This document shows positions 11,944 to 22,689 of a DNA stretch of 64,000 nucleotides, piece by piece. Origin of the DNA: Rhodosorus marinus CCMP1338. Lineage: Eukaryota > Plantae > Rhodophyta. Location: contig JAMWBK010000011.1 of the NCBI GenBank assembly GCA_029953675.1, positions 806,001 through 870,000 on the forward strand, given 5' to 3'. Positions within the stretch are counted from its first letter, which is position 1; the number at the start of each line of letters is the position of its first letter. The translations under genes were made by a program, and so were the position numbers. The notes beneath the pieces were generated by a model. The model ran no database searches and had not been told where the DNA came from. It saw nothing but the letters and a program-made list of their open reading frames with translations.

Positions 11944-13344
11944 ATGGGTGACCTCGTTCGGAGGATGGACTTACTGGTGGGGGCTCATGTTTCTTCGCTT
12001 TACCCGTATTTAACATGGGACTCTATGGCCGTGAACTGGATGCTTTTCCGACTGCACAGGCAGGCGGTACCGGATCCTGGGGACTTGTCAGCCTTACTAA
12101 TGGATGCGAAGTTCACCGTGCCGGAGGTGACTGGAATGGCGCTTGCGCAGTCGGAAATCTCGAAGTTCGTCACTTATTTAACGCAGCCAACGCTCATGAT
12201 AACTGAGGTCCAGGAGGAGAACTATACGCTAGGCTCAGGGTGGAGTTTTCTTGGGGGCCTTCCTGAACTAGCGGGGGGGACCAACAAGATGTACAAGGGC
12301 TTGAAAAGAGTGCGAACCATCGGATCCATTGAGAACGGCCTGGGCATAGCATTGTGTTCGACCGAAGTCCTACCTGGCCTAGTTGCGATCCTGAGGATGC
12401 AAGAAATCGACGGCGGACACAACCTCAGTATGTGGAGTGTTGTTGATCAAGAAACAGAAACCATAATTTTAACGCAGACCCAGATGGATAGGCGCAAGTG
12501 TGACAGGTGCATATTAATGGGAGATGTATGCGACCCATTGGTTTGCCAACATGAACAAACATTTGACGAAATCCGTACCCGTCGCCTAGCTCTGCACGAT
12601 CAACTGGACAAGCCAAGGTACAATCTGCAGTACCACAAGGAATGGTTCAATGGGAAGTACACCATGCCAGTTGGTCCGCTTCCACCGATAAGTATCGAAA
12701 CCTATTGTTACTCGTCGGGCCCAGCGTTCCAATATGCGCTGCTTTCAGTGCTTCAGAGCGAGATTGAAGAGGTTCAGCCCCCTCGATCCTCATTCAGATT
12801 CGTGAAACAAGAAACGGAAAAAATGCGTTACTTCTTGAATCTGGAGGTGGAAAACTTGAGCGACGAAGCGGGAAGCAGTGAAGACGGGTCATCGAGGGGT
12901 AGCGAGTCGACGGCATTGATACCCGCGAAGAAGAGACCTGGGCCTCCCCCAAAGCAATATCGATGTGAGACGTGCGGGATGAGCTTCGCCCGGGGGTACG
13001 ATATGAAACGGCACGTTATTGCCGTTCATCAGAAGATACGAGACTTCGAGTGTACTCATTGCATGAAAACGTTCACCCAGAGCGGACACCTGCATGAACA
13101 TATCCGAGTAGTCCACAGCGGGGTGAACGTGTTTCCTTGTTCAACGTGCAAGAAAAGATTCGGAGCGGAGTCGAAACTGTTGCGACATATCAGAACCGTA
13201 CATGAGAATGCACGCAACTTCACATGCAAGGTGTGCAAAAACACATATAAGGAGAAGGCATACCTGAAACGACATCTGCGCAATCAGCACGACGTGAGCA
13301 TGGATGACTTAGGCGACTCCGTAGAATCTTTGTCTACTAACTAG
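11944..13344 (+). CDS. Z4: N-domain + 4x C2H2 zinc finger protein, 466 aa
   Basis: ATG at 11944 (MGDLVRRMDLL) aligns with the paralogue starts. Four fingers and a PAKKRP basic patch. Confidence 0.95.
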   Translation: MGDLVRRMDLLVGAHVSSLYPYLTWDSMAVNWMLFRLHRQAVPDPGDLSALLMDAKFTVPEVTGMALAQSEISKFVTYLTQPTLMITEVQEENYTLGSGWSFLGGLPELAGGTNKMYKGLKRVRTIGSIENGLGIALCSTEVLPGLVAILRMQEIDGGHNLSMWSVVDQETETIILTQTQMDRRKCDRCILMGDVCDPLVCQHEQTFDEIRTRRLALHDQLDKPRYNLQYHKEWFNGKYTMPVGPLPPISIETYCYSSGPAFQYALLSVLQSEIEEVQPPRSSFRFVKQETEKMRYFLNLEVENLSDEAGSSEDGSSRGSESTALIPAKKRPGPPPKQYRCETCGMSFARGYDMKRHVIAVHQKIRDFECTHCMKTFTQSGHLHEHIRVVHSGVNVFPCSTCKKRFGAESKLLRHIRTVHENARNFTCKVCKNTYKEKAYLKRHLRNQHDVSMDDLGDSVESLSTN

Positions 13345-14539
13345 CAACGACTTCTAAATATATAACAAGGATGGCACGGCTGAGTATCCCGCGCGTTCGC
13401 TTATTGACTTCCATGTGTTTTATCTTCAAAACTTTAGCATCTGTATTCAAACTATTACGAAGACGCACTATTAAAAGCGCTAGGCCCCGAGCAAATTCGT
13501 GGAAAAAGCACAAGTCCAACCCAAGTCATACACAAAGCTATGATGCCGAACAATCGTAAAATGCCGTGTATGACCTATACTTTGACGATTCGGAAGAGCT
13601 TTTCTGTCCAAAAGCCAACAGAGTCATTTGTTTGTCTCCTCAAAAGCCAAAGCAATCGGGGGACCACCCCCGAGTTCCTTTAGCCGAGGGCTACGATCTG
13701 TATCACCGGGGCTATGCCTTGTCCTAATTTCGAGCAGCAGTCTAACGCGATCGTACTCTACTGTGTGACTACGCCCGGCCAGCGAGAAGGGGTTTCGCGC
13801 GCCTCCAGTATCAAATCAGCGTTCATACACCACAGCAGGAATCTTTGACGGGTAAACAACGAGGAGAGGTTGTCAGGGAGTTCGCGGAACAACTCCCGAA
13901 GCCAACGAGAATCAACCGCTTGAGCACCTCCTCCTGGGATAAACACGTTTCTCATAACCATCAATTTTATCACCGTCACCCCCTTTCATTCCGGGTATTT
14001 GCCAACAAATGAGAGACGCGCCCTCCACATTCCTCTACCAGTGACAACCACTAGGCCCTCTGCTCTTCAATTAAATACCCCAAGCTCATCCACGCCTCTC
14101 CCTCTCTCTGGTGTGTAGCACTGAGAGGAAAGACGCTGTTACCGTGCCTGTCTATATGTGCACGCACTTGGCCATCTCTTCGTTGGATGAGTACTTTCCA
14201 CTAGATTCCACCAACTTTACCAACGTCTCCCCTTCACACTGGTATCGGGCACAGAGATGAAGGACGCTGTCACCGTGTATGCTTACCCCAGACAACCACT
14301 TGGCCACAACTTCTTCGGTTAAATAGTTCCCGCTTACTCCAACAACTTTATCAATGTCACTCCCTCCCTCTCCTTCTGTCGCACTCCCGCAGGTGGTCCC
14401 CTGGTCCCCTGCCCTCTGCTCGATCTTATTCTATACTGGCTAAAAGCGTCAAACTGTGATTCGTCCGCATCAACGCTTTCTCTACTTGTGCGGAGCCCAG
14501 GCCGTTACCGTTGCCCCGGTACCAGAGCTACTACGATAT

Positions 14540-15020
14540 AGACGCGGAGGAGAAAGGAATGTGCACTTCGTTGCAACTTCAGGACCTCAACGCGGCAACA
14601 TCCGCAGTACGACGAGGTCAAGGCCAAGCTGATCTGCAAGCATTGCGACTTGCCGGCAAGTAACAAAGTTGACGGTTGAAGAGGCTCCCGCAGAAGTGCG
14701 ATCGGTACATGATCGCAGGTGACGCTTCCGCAGGCGGCGGGAGATCCGAGTCCGGCCGTTCAACAGTCGTTTGGAAAAGCAGAAAGCGCGGGGAGCGGAC
14801 ACAACTGAGTATTGTTCGCCGATGAAGAAAGGAAAGCGAGCAGAAGAGCTTGACGTTAAGCTTTGCAAGGATTATGGCCTCACAGAACCTACCGTTTCGG
14901 CTGGTTGAAGACCCAGAGGTGAGAAAATAGGCTTGCGTGCTCCCGCCAGTCGTGTTCATTCTTTCCAATAGGAGTCGAGTTTCACCCCTTGTTTTCGAGT
15001 TTCTTTAAGATCTTAGGAAT
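14540..15020 (+). mobile_element. Degenerate 5' fragment of a hAT-type transposase (BED zinc finger + following motif); left arm of an inverted duplication
   Basis: Frameshifted translation gives KLICKHCDLP...QKCDRYM (BED-like C-x2-C...C; the HLQKC His is clear only in the right arm) and LARIMASQNLPFRLVEDPEVRK, which resembles the PF-x-x-VE motif that follows the BED finger in hAT transposases. Stops and frameshifts are present. Confidence 0.65.
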
Positions 15021-15164
15021 CAACTACCCAAAAGGAGGGATATCCTGGAGCTGATCGGGAGCGCTTTTAAAAGAGAGAAGAGAGGGGAGGAAACTTTCTC
15101 AAGGCTTCAAAAGTTCTAACCCTCATCAAGTACGTGAAGCTAGGACTTACTATGCAGCTGATAT

Positions 15165-15668
15165 CCCAAGATCTTAAAGAAACTGGCAAAAAAACTGTGT
15201 AACTCGGCTCCTATTGGAAGGAATCGCCACGACTATTGGGAGAACGAGTTCTCACATCTACTTTCTCACCTCCGGGTCTTCAACCAGCCGAAACGGTAGG
15301 TTCTGTAAGTCCATCATCCGTGGCAAGTTGAACGTCGAGCTCTTCTGCTCGCTTTCCTTTCTTCATCGGGGGGACAAAACTCAGTTATGCACGCTCCCTC
15401 GCGCTTTCCGCTTTTCCAAGCGAAGAATGAACGGGCGGACTCTAGCGTTGAAGCGGATCTCCAGCTGGCCGCTGGAGCGTCACCTGCGATCATGTACCGA
15501 TCGCACTTCTGCAGGTGCATCTTGACGTGTTCAACTGTTTTTGCTTACCGGTAGGTCGCAATGCTTGCAGATCAGCTTACCCTTGACCTAGTCGTCCTGC
15601 GGATGTTGTCACGTTGGCATCCGGAAGTTGCAACGCAGCGCATGGTTCTTTCTTCTCCCCATCTGTAT
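15165..15668 (-). mobile_element. Second degenerate copy of the same hAT-transposase 5' fragment; right arm of the inverted duplication
   Basis: Minus strand from ATG 15662 reads MGRRKNH...KLICKHCDLPVSKN / VKMHLQKCDRYM... / MMDLQNLPFRLVEDPEVRK*. It is the reverse complement of the 14540-15020 arm along its whole length. Confidence 0.65.
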
Positions 15669-16427
15669 CTTAATAACTCTTTTAGATTGTGTGAACGGTG
15701 CATACAGTCTACGCATTGACCACGAGCATGCTAGCACCAGACTAACGTAACCCGTAGCCACGCCCGCGCGGTCCCATTTTTCAAACCTTCTGCTAATCGA
15801 CTCCCCACCACCAAATCTATTGCAAAACCCCAAGAATTATACGTATATACACAGTATAACCAATAGAAGAAGGCTTCCGATTCACAGTCACCATTCATAA
15901 TCCGTTAAGAAATGTAAATCCTTATCATTGGTAATTATTATTCTAATTAAGAATAAAAATAGCAAAACCTTTAAAATACTAATTTATACAATTTGAGTTC
16001 ATCCAATGCATTAAAGTAAACATACGTATTAGCCAATCATTAAATGGCCCATCTATTGACTCACCAATATTCCCCAACTTGGAGTGGGCAATTAATTTAC
16101 TTTCACAAACCCTTCTATTACCACCTTTCTGCAAAGACTTTTTCCGCCAACAGGTCCAAACACTGTTTTTAATATCGTTAAGAGGGGTTTTTCGCGTTTA
16201 TTTGGAGGGTGTCGGTTTTATCGGCGGGTTCGCCTCCCGTTTTTGACGGGGGGCTTTTAGGGTTTGACTTTGAAACTAACAACCCGGGATGTGTGTCTAC
16301 GAAATGGAAAGAGGAGTCACAAACATGCGACGACTAGTAGATATTCATCTACTATAACACCAACTACCTAGCATTCCTGGTACTCTCTGGGCTACTGAGA
16401 GCAGCCCAGGGTTTTGTTTTTGTTTTG

Positions 16428-16891
16428 GAGGGTCTCTTCTTCGTTAGTACTTTTGGGGCATTGTGTGGCTGCCCTAGATATCTAACAAGTGTCTGAGTTC
16501 TCTTCTTACGACCCGCAAAACGATACGCACGCCCGAATCTCCGGGCCTTTGCTGTCGTGAGCGAGTTTCACAAAAAAAAACACGCCGTGCCACCTAAAAG
16601 CCCGTTGCCAAGCTCGCCAAGCACGGTTTATTGTGTACGGGTCAGCTTCCTCAGCTTCCAACGTTTCGTGTAGACCATTTTCGAGGGTCTCGTCTTCGTT
16701 TGTACTTTTGGGTCGTTGTGTGGCTTCCCTAGATATCCAGCAAGTGTCTGAGTTCTCTTCTTACCACCGCAAAACGATACGCACGCCCGAATCTCCGGGC
16801 CTTTGCTGTTGTGAGCGAGTTTCACAAAAAAAAACGCCGTGCAGCACCTAAAATCCCGTTGCCAAGCTCGCCAAGTACGGTTTATTGTGCA
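16428..16891. repeat. Direct duplication of a ~210-bp element (period 255 bp) upstream of Z5
   Basis: gagggtctc...gcaaaacgatacgcacgcccgaatctccgggcctttgctg...cggtttattgtg starts at 16428 and 16683, near-identical. Confidence 0.95.
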
Positions 16892-17509
16892 TGCGCCTGA
16901 CGCGCTGGTTTGCTCTTTTTCGCATCTTTCTTCTCCGGACGTGGAAACCATTTTCGTTCTCCTTTTCTCAATTTTTCCCATTGCTCCGAGTGGCGAACAG
17001 ACCGGTTTTAATATGATTCAGTTCACGGAGCTTAGCTTATGGAATCTATGGCAGTGGAAGGGGGAGTAGAGTTAGTTTAGGAGAGCGCCGGGAGTTGGAG
17101 ATCGAGTTCAATTCATATTGGACAAGGGCGGACTTGAAAGTGTAGCAGTGTTCCTTCCGGGGGAACACTCCTACACTCGATTGTTTGAGCTGTTTTTGTG
17201 ACTGTTTGGAACTAGTCCGGGCCGCGTCGTGGATGCCCGTGGACCAGGAGCAAGAGATGGGACGGGAGTGGAGAGTTTGACACGTGGGTTAGTGAGAGAG
17301 AGCAGGCTTGAAAAGACGTAAGCGGTTTGTAAGTGTTGAGGTTATCTGCCTCGGAGTCGTGTAGGTTTTGTCAACAGCTCTGGCTCGGGCTTGAGATTGT
17401 GTTTTGCAAACTCGTAAGTGGGAGGTTGGAGTACTTTGGTGCAGTTTTCATCGTGTCGGGAGCGGATTGGATAGTTCTTGGATTGCGTTTGGATGCGTCC
17501 TGGAACAGA

Positions 17510-18910
17510 ATGGACGAACTCGTACGGAGGACGGACTTACTAGTGGGGGCTCACATTTCTTCGCTTTACAAGTATTTAACATGGGACTCTATTGCTGTGA
17601 ACTGGATACTGTTTCGACTGCACAGGCAGGCGGTGCCGTATCCTGGGGATTGGCCAAGTATAGTAATGGATGCAAAGTTCACCGTCCCGGAGGTGACTGG
17701 GATGGCGCTTGCGCAGTCGGAAATATCGAAGTTCGTCTCTTATTTAACGCAGCCAGTGCTCATGATGACTGAGATCCAGGAGGAAGATTATACATTAGGC
17801 TCAGGGTGGACTTTTCTTGGAGGCCTTCCTGAACTAACCGGCAAGACGAACAAGATGTACACGGGCTTGAAAAGAGTGCGAACCATCGGATCCGTTGAGA
17901 ACGGGCTGGGCATAATATTGTGTGCGACGGAAATCCTGCCGGGCCTGGTTGCGATCTTGAGGATCCAAGAACTCGACGGCCGTCATAACCTCAGCATGTG
18001 GAGTGTTGTTGATCAAGAAACACAAACCATAGTTTTAACGCAGACCCAGATTGATAGGCGCATGTGTGACCTGTGCGTATTAATGGGAGAAGTATGCGAC
18101 CCATTGGCGTGCAAACGGGAACAGACATTCGAAGAAGTCCGTACCCGTCGCCTAGCTCTGCACGAGAAACTGGACAAGCCAAGGTACACTCTGGGATACC
18201 ACAAGGAATGGTTCAATGGGAATTACACAATGCCAGTTGGTCCGCTTCCTCCGATGAGTATCGACATCCGTTGTTACTCGTCGGGCCCAGCGTACCGATA
18301 TGCGCTGCTTTCAGTGCTTCAGAGCGAGGTTGAGGAGGTTCAGCCCCCTCGTTCATCATTCAGATTCGTGAAACAAGAAACGGAAAAAATGCATTATTTC
18401 TTGAATCTGGAGGTAGAAAACTTGAGGGACGAAGTGGAAAGCAGTAAGGACGGGTCATCGAGGGGTAGCGAGTCGACGGCATTGATACCCGCGAAGAAGA
18501 GACCTGGTTCTCCCTCAAAGCAATATCGATGTGAGACGTGCGGGATGACCTTCGTCCGGGGGTACGATATGAAACGGCATGTAAATGCCGTTCATCAGAA
18601 GATACGAGACTTCAAGTGTACTCATTGCATGAAAACGTTCACCCAGAGCGGACACCTGCATGAACATATCCGAGTAGTCCACAGCGGGGTGAACGTGTTT
18701 CCTTGTTCAACGTGCAAGAAAAGATTCGGAGCGGAGTCGAAACTGTTGCGACATATCAGAACCGTACATGAGAATGCACGCAACTTCACATGCAAGGTGT
18801 GCAAAAACACATATAAGGAGAAGGCATACCTGAAACGACATCTGCGCAATCAGCACGACGTGAGCATGGATGACTTAGGCTACTCGGTAGAATCTTTGTC
18901 TACTAACTAG
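17510..18910 (+). CDS. Z5: N-domain + 4x C2H2 zinc finger protein, 466 aa; recent duplicate of Z4
   Basis: First in-frame ATG is at 17510 (MDELVRRTDLL). Colinear with Z4 at offset 5566 and identical over fingers 2-4. Confidence 0.95.
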   Translation: MDELVRRTDLLVGAHISSLYKYLTWDSIAVNWILFRLHRQAVPYPGDWPSIVMDAKFTVPEVTGMALAQSEISKFVSYLTQPVLMMTEIQEEDYTLGSGWTFLGGLPELTGKTNKMYTGLKRVRTIGSVENGLGIILCATEILPGLVAILRIQELDGRHNLSMWSVVDQETQTIVLTQTQIDRRMCDLCVLMGEVCDPLACKREQTFEEVRTRRLALHEKLDKPRYTLGYHKEWFNGNYTMPVGPLPPMSIDIRCYSSGPAYRYALLSVLQSEVEEVQPPRSSFRFVKQETEKMHYFLNLEVENLRDEVESSKDGSSRGSESTALIPAKKRPGSPSKQYRCETCGMTFVRGYDMKRHVNAVHQKIRDFKCTHCMKTFTQSGHLHEHIRVVHSGVNVFPCSTCKKRFGAESKLLRHIRTVHENARNFTCKVCKNTYKEKAYLKRHLRNQHDVSMDDLGYSVESLSTN

Positions 18911-20360
18911 CAACGACTTCTAAATATATAACAAGGATGGCAGGGCCGAGTCTCCTGCGCGTTCTCTTATTGACTTCCATGTGTTTTATCTTCAAAACTT
19001 TAGCATCTGTATTCAAACTATTACGAAGACGCACTATTAAAAGCGCTAGGCCCCGAGCAAATTCGTGGAAAAAGCACAAGTCCAACCCAAGTCATACACA
19101 AAGCTATGCTGCCGAATGCAGTCGCTCTGATTAGTAAAATGCCGTGTATGGCTTCCCACAGTGCCACCAACCCGGCGACCACGAGAAGCATGGTGCTGCA
19201 GCTGAACGCATACATAGAACATCAATCCGCTACTACATCGCACCTCCAGACTAAAGAATTCGGCCAACGCTTTGCACCAGACCATCCATGCAGCTCCGGC
19301 TAAAGTGGGGCGCAGGTGTTCTCCGAAGAGGGAACGCAGAGCTCAGCAAAGCGGTCATGATCTCATCGTACACATCTACAGTGAATCCCTCCCGCAGTTG
19401 CCGAACTGTGCCAGAAAACCTCAGCCCTGCATGTAAAACTGATTGCAGAAAGAGTTGTCAAGGGCGTACACCTCCCTCCACCGCTCGGATCAATCTCCGA
19501 TGATCACATCAGCCTGCTCCGAGCCCAAAGATCAAAGATCCGGACGAATCTAGCGAACGCATGGATCGCTCTCCAAACCAATGAGAGAGGCTATGCGTTG
19601 GAGACCATGATTAGCCCGCATATTCACAATATTCTCTAGAGCAGTCGCTCGCGGGGGTGGCATGTATCCGCCAGTTGGAGGACGGTGTAAAACCGACAAA
19701 GGAAAAACCGGACACGCAATCCAAAATGCGGGGACTTCAACGAGCATTCCAGCACACAACGTCAACACTAAAAAAACTTGAGGTATAAAATCATACTGAA
19801 AACACCCATGAGACGCTTGGACGGACGGACGCAAGCAAGCAAGCCAACCATCCCCACAGACTCCCTCACCCACAATCCATGAACCCCAAGACACGAAAAA
19901 AGTCCCGGATCCAAACAAAGGATGCGGCGTTTTCAAAACAAAAAAAAAAAAAGACGATCGCACGGGGAGTCTCAGTGTTCATTCAGAGCCTATCTCAGCA
20001 AATGCCCATGCCCTCGTGACAACGCATTTACCCACACAAGCAAACTGCTCCTCGTCCCACATCCTCAAAAAACAAACCATTGAAGAAATAAAAAAAAACA
20101 TCAACGGCGTACACCTCACCTTGCCCCCAAATTCTAAGATATCTACGGGGAGCACATTCATTAGTACAAAACTACTAATTAACGAAAAGACCCTAAATCG
20201 ATCAAAACCCTTGTTCGTACAGATATTTGTACAAACGGAGAGTACTGTTTCCCATATACTTTGGATGGGGGAAATTTGATCGCGATTTAGATATCGTCCC
20301 GTGGAGCGTTTTTAAGAGGAAAAATTGGTCAGTATTTGGTGATGAAAATAGAACTGCTGG

Positions 20361-20552
20361 TGGAGCGTTGTTGATCGGGAGACAACAACACGCTTCCCCC
20401 ACCGGACGATCACTGGCACGCATGCTATGGTAAGACCGCCGCTAGTGTGATATGTGCCCTTACCGGAGAGGTCTGCGACCCGTGCGCGCGTTGTGCCACA
20501 AGAAGCAGTCGTTCGACGAGAGCAGGTGGCGAGTTTTCGGGATTTCTTTCTT
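20361..20552 (+). pseudogene. Orphan, frameshifted fragment of the ZF-family N-domain (Cys-cluster segment)
   Basis: tggagcgttgttgatcgggagaca...gcccttaccggagaggtctgcgaccc...cagtcgttcgacgagc aligns to Z6 at about 21363-21530 (WSVVDRET...CDMCALTGDVCDP...QSFDE), with indels and a TAG. Confidence 0.8.
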
Positions 20553-20873
20553 CCTTTGTTTAGTTGGGGAGTCAATGGGATTGGGGGAGGTGAGGTTGGT
20601 TGGTAGTTGACGGAAGGGTTGGGAGGGAGGAGAAGGAAGAGGAGGGACTGGGTAGGTCTGTGGATTCGGTTTTGTGGATGACGGGGTGTCGGGTCAGCAG
20701 GGGAACGGCTTGTGGGATATTCTTTTTCGTTGGTCGTGGTATTCTGTTGTTTAGGGGAGTTTGGTTTCAGTCCGATAGGTGTGGATGAAGTGGTGTATGG
20801 ACGGGGTTTGACTGAATAGACAGGTGCATGTTTTGATGAGGAGAATCCGTCTAGGGGACGGCGGTGAATAAAT

Positions 20874-22322
20874 ATGGACGCTCTGGTGAAGCGAATGGAT
20901 GCTCTGGGCGGGTCGCACGTTTCTGGGCTATCGCATTACCTGGAATGGGATTCCATCGCTGCAAATTGGGTGCTGTTCCAGTTGCACAGGCAGGCCGTGC
21001 CGCATCCTGGTGACTGGTCTATTGGTCTTGTTGACTCACGATTTAACGTGCCTGAGGTTACAGCGATGGCGTTGGCCACTTCCGAGGTGGCGAGGATGGT
21101 GTCGGTGATTACACATCCTTTGCTGGTGATGACGGAGATGCAGGAGGAGCGATATTCTCTCGGCTCTGGGTGGGCGTTTCTTGGTGGCCTTCCCGAGCTG
21201 GATGGGATTAGCAACGGCAACTATTCCGGCCTGAAAAGAATCAGGCTGATGTCCTGGATTGAAAACTACCACGCTGTAGTGATTATCTCTTGCGAAGTAC
21301 GCCCCGGGATTGTGGCGGTGCTGAGAATCGCCGAGGTTGACGGAAGGCACAACCTTAACACGTGGAGTGTAGTTGATAGGGAGACACAGACGATCATCGG
21401 CACACAGACCATGTTTGACCGGCGCTCGTGCGACATGTGCGCCCTTACCGGAGACGTCTGCGACCCGCGCGTGTGCCATAACAAACAGTCGTTCGACGAG
21501 CTGCGAGCTTTTAGGATTTCTCTTCTCGATAAGATGGACAACCCCGTGTACAACATGCGATACACCATGTCGTGGCTGAGCGGGAAGTATGTTACAGCGG
21601 TTGGTCCTCTGCCTCCCATTTCGGTCGAGACGGCTTGTTACGCATCGGGGCCAGCGTTTGCATACGCGCTTCTCTCGGTGCTCCAGAGTGAAGTAGAGGG
21701 CGTTCACCCTCCTCGGTCAACCTTCCGTCTTGTTAAACACGCGAAAAATGAGATGGATTACTTCCTGGGTCTGGAAGACCAGCCCATGTCCTCGGCCAGT
21801 GAAGAGGTCAGCGACGAGGTCAGCGACGAGGTCAGCGACGAGAACAAGACAAGCGAGGAAGTCATTGCTCCGTTGAATGAGAAGAAGTCATCGAAGGATG
21901 TAAAGAAGCTGTTTGGTTCTGAAGCAAAGCGGCACCGATGCGGAACTTGTGGGATGTCGTTCAAGCGCGCATACGATATGAAGCGACACGTGATTGCAGT
22001 GCATCAGAAAATTAGAGACTTCAAGTGCTCGCACTGTGGTAGAGCCTTCACCCAGAGCGGACATTTGAACGAGCACGTGCGAGTGTCCCACACTGGGATA
22101 AACGTTTTCGTCTGTCCCGTTTGCAAGAAGACATTCGGAAACAAAGCTAAACGGGAGCGACACGTCAGAAACGTTCACGAGAACGAGAGCAACTTCAGAT
22201 GTGAAGTGTGTAAAAAGCTGTACAAGGATAAGACGTATCTCAAGCAACACTTGGCGACTCAGCACAACGTGACTGCGGATGCAGTCGGAGAGCTGTCAAA
22301 GATTTCGTTAACACAGTGTTAA
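20874..22322 (+). CDS. Z6: N-domain + 4x C2H2 zinc finger protein, 482 aa
   Basis: ATG ORF with the full motif set. The linker carries three perfect 12-bp EVSD repeats (21804-21839). Confidence 0.95.
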   Translation: MDALVKRMDALGGSHVSGLSHYLEWDSIAANWVLFQLHRQAVPHPGDWSIGLVDSRFNVPEVTAMALATSEVARMVSVITHPLLVMTEMQEERYSLGSGWAFLGGLPELDGISNGNYSGLKRIRLMSWIENYHAVVIISCEVRPGIVAVLRIAEVDGRHNLNTWSVVDRETQTIIGTQTMFDRRSCDMCALTGDVCDPRVCHNKQSFDELRAFRISLLDKMDNPVYNMRYTMSWLSGKYVTAVGPLPPISVETACYASGPAFAYALLSVLQSEVEGVHPPRSTFRLVKHAKNEMDYFLGLEDQPMSSASEEVSDEVSDEVSDENKTSEEVIAPLNEKKSSKDVKKLFGSEAKRHRCGTCGMSFKRAYDMKRHVIAVHQKIRDFKCSHCGRAFTQSGHLNEHVRVSHTGINVFVCPVCKKTFGNKAKRERHVRNVHENESNFRCEVCKKLYKDKTYLKQHLATQHNVTADAVGELSKISLTQC

Positions 22323-22689
22323 CAAATTCTTCGACAACCAACCTGAAGATGCACAAGGACTCAGGGTCTCTAGTGGTGAAACCGGGCTGTGTACGCGATT
22401 CTTATCTGATGCCGTAGGGAAAACTTTGAACATATATCGTAATAAAACTACACTCAGCTTCTTCGCTGAGGGAGTGCTGGACCACGAGCTCACGACAGAG
22501 CTAATTGCGACGTTTACGCATATCGTAGTGAATCCTTCGCTTCAGACTTGCTCACGTTGTGTTGACGTGCCGACCGCAGCTAGTCAAGTGTTTATATTCT
22601 CCTAACTTGAAGGTTAAGGGCGCAGAAGAGCGCATTTGACAATTGATCAGCACGAACGCTTTTGGTCAGCACACACAGCGCAACATCGA

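Noticed and set aside
13960-14360. Weak ~131-bp direct repeats (gacgctgt at 14132/14264); similar weak pairs near 54509/54721 and 57575/57726
   Set aside because: They have only two or three highly decayed copies. They are consistent with general spacer turnover and I see no specific signal.
17333-17509. N-terminal extensions from TTG/GTG starts in the ORF track (Z2, Z4, Z5, Z8, Z9, Z11, Z12, Z14, Z15, Z17)
   Set aside because: These are non-ATG starts in a eukaryote. The extensions are unconserved between paralogues, whereas the first ATG aligns with the family start.
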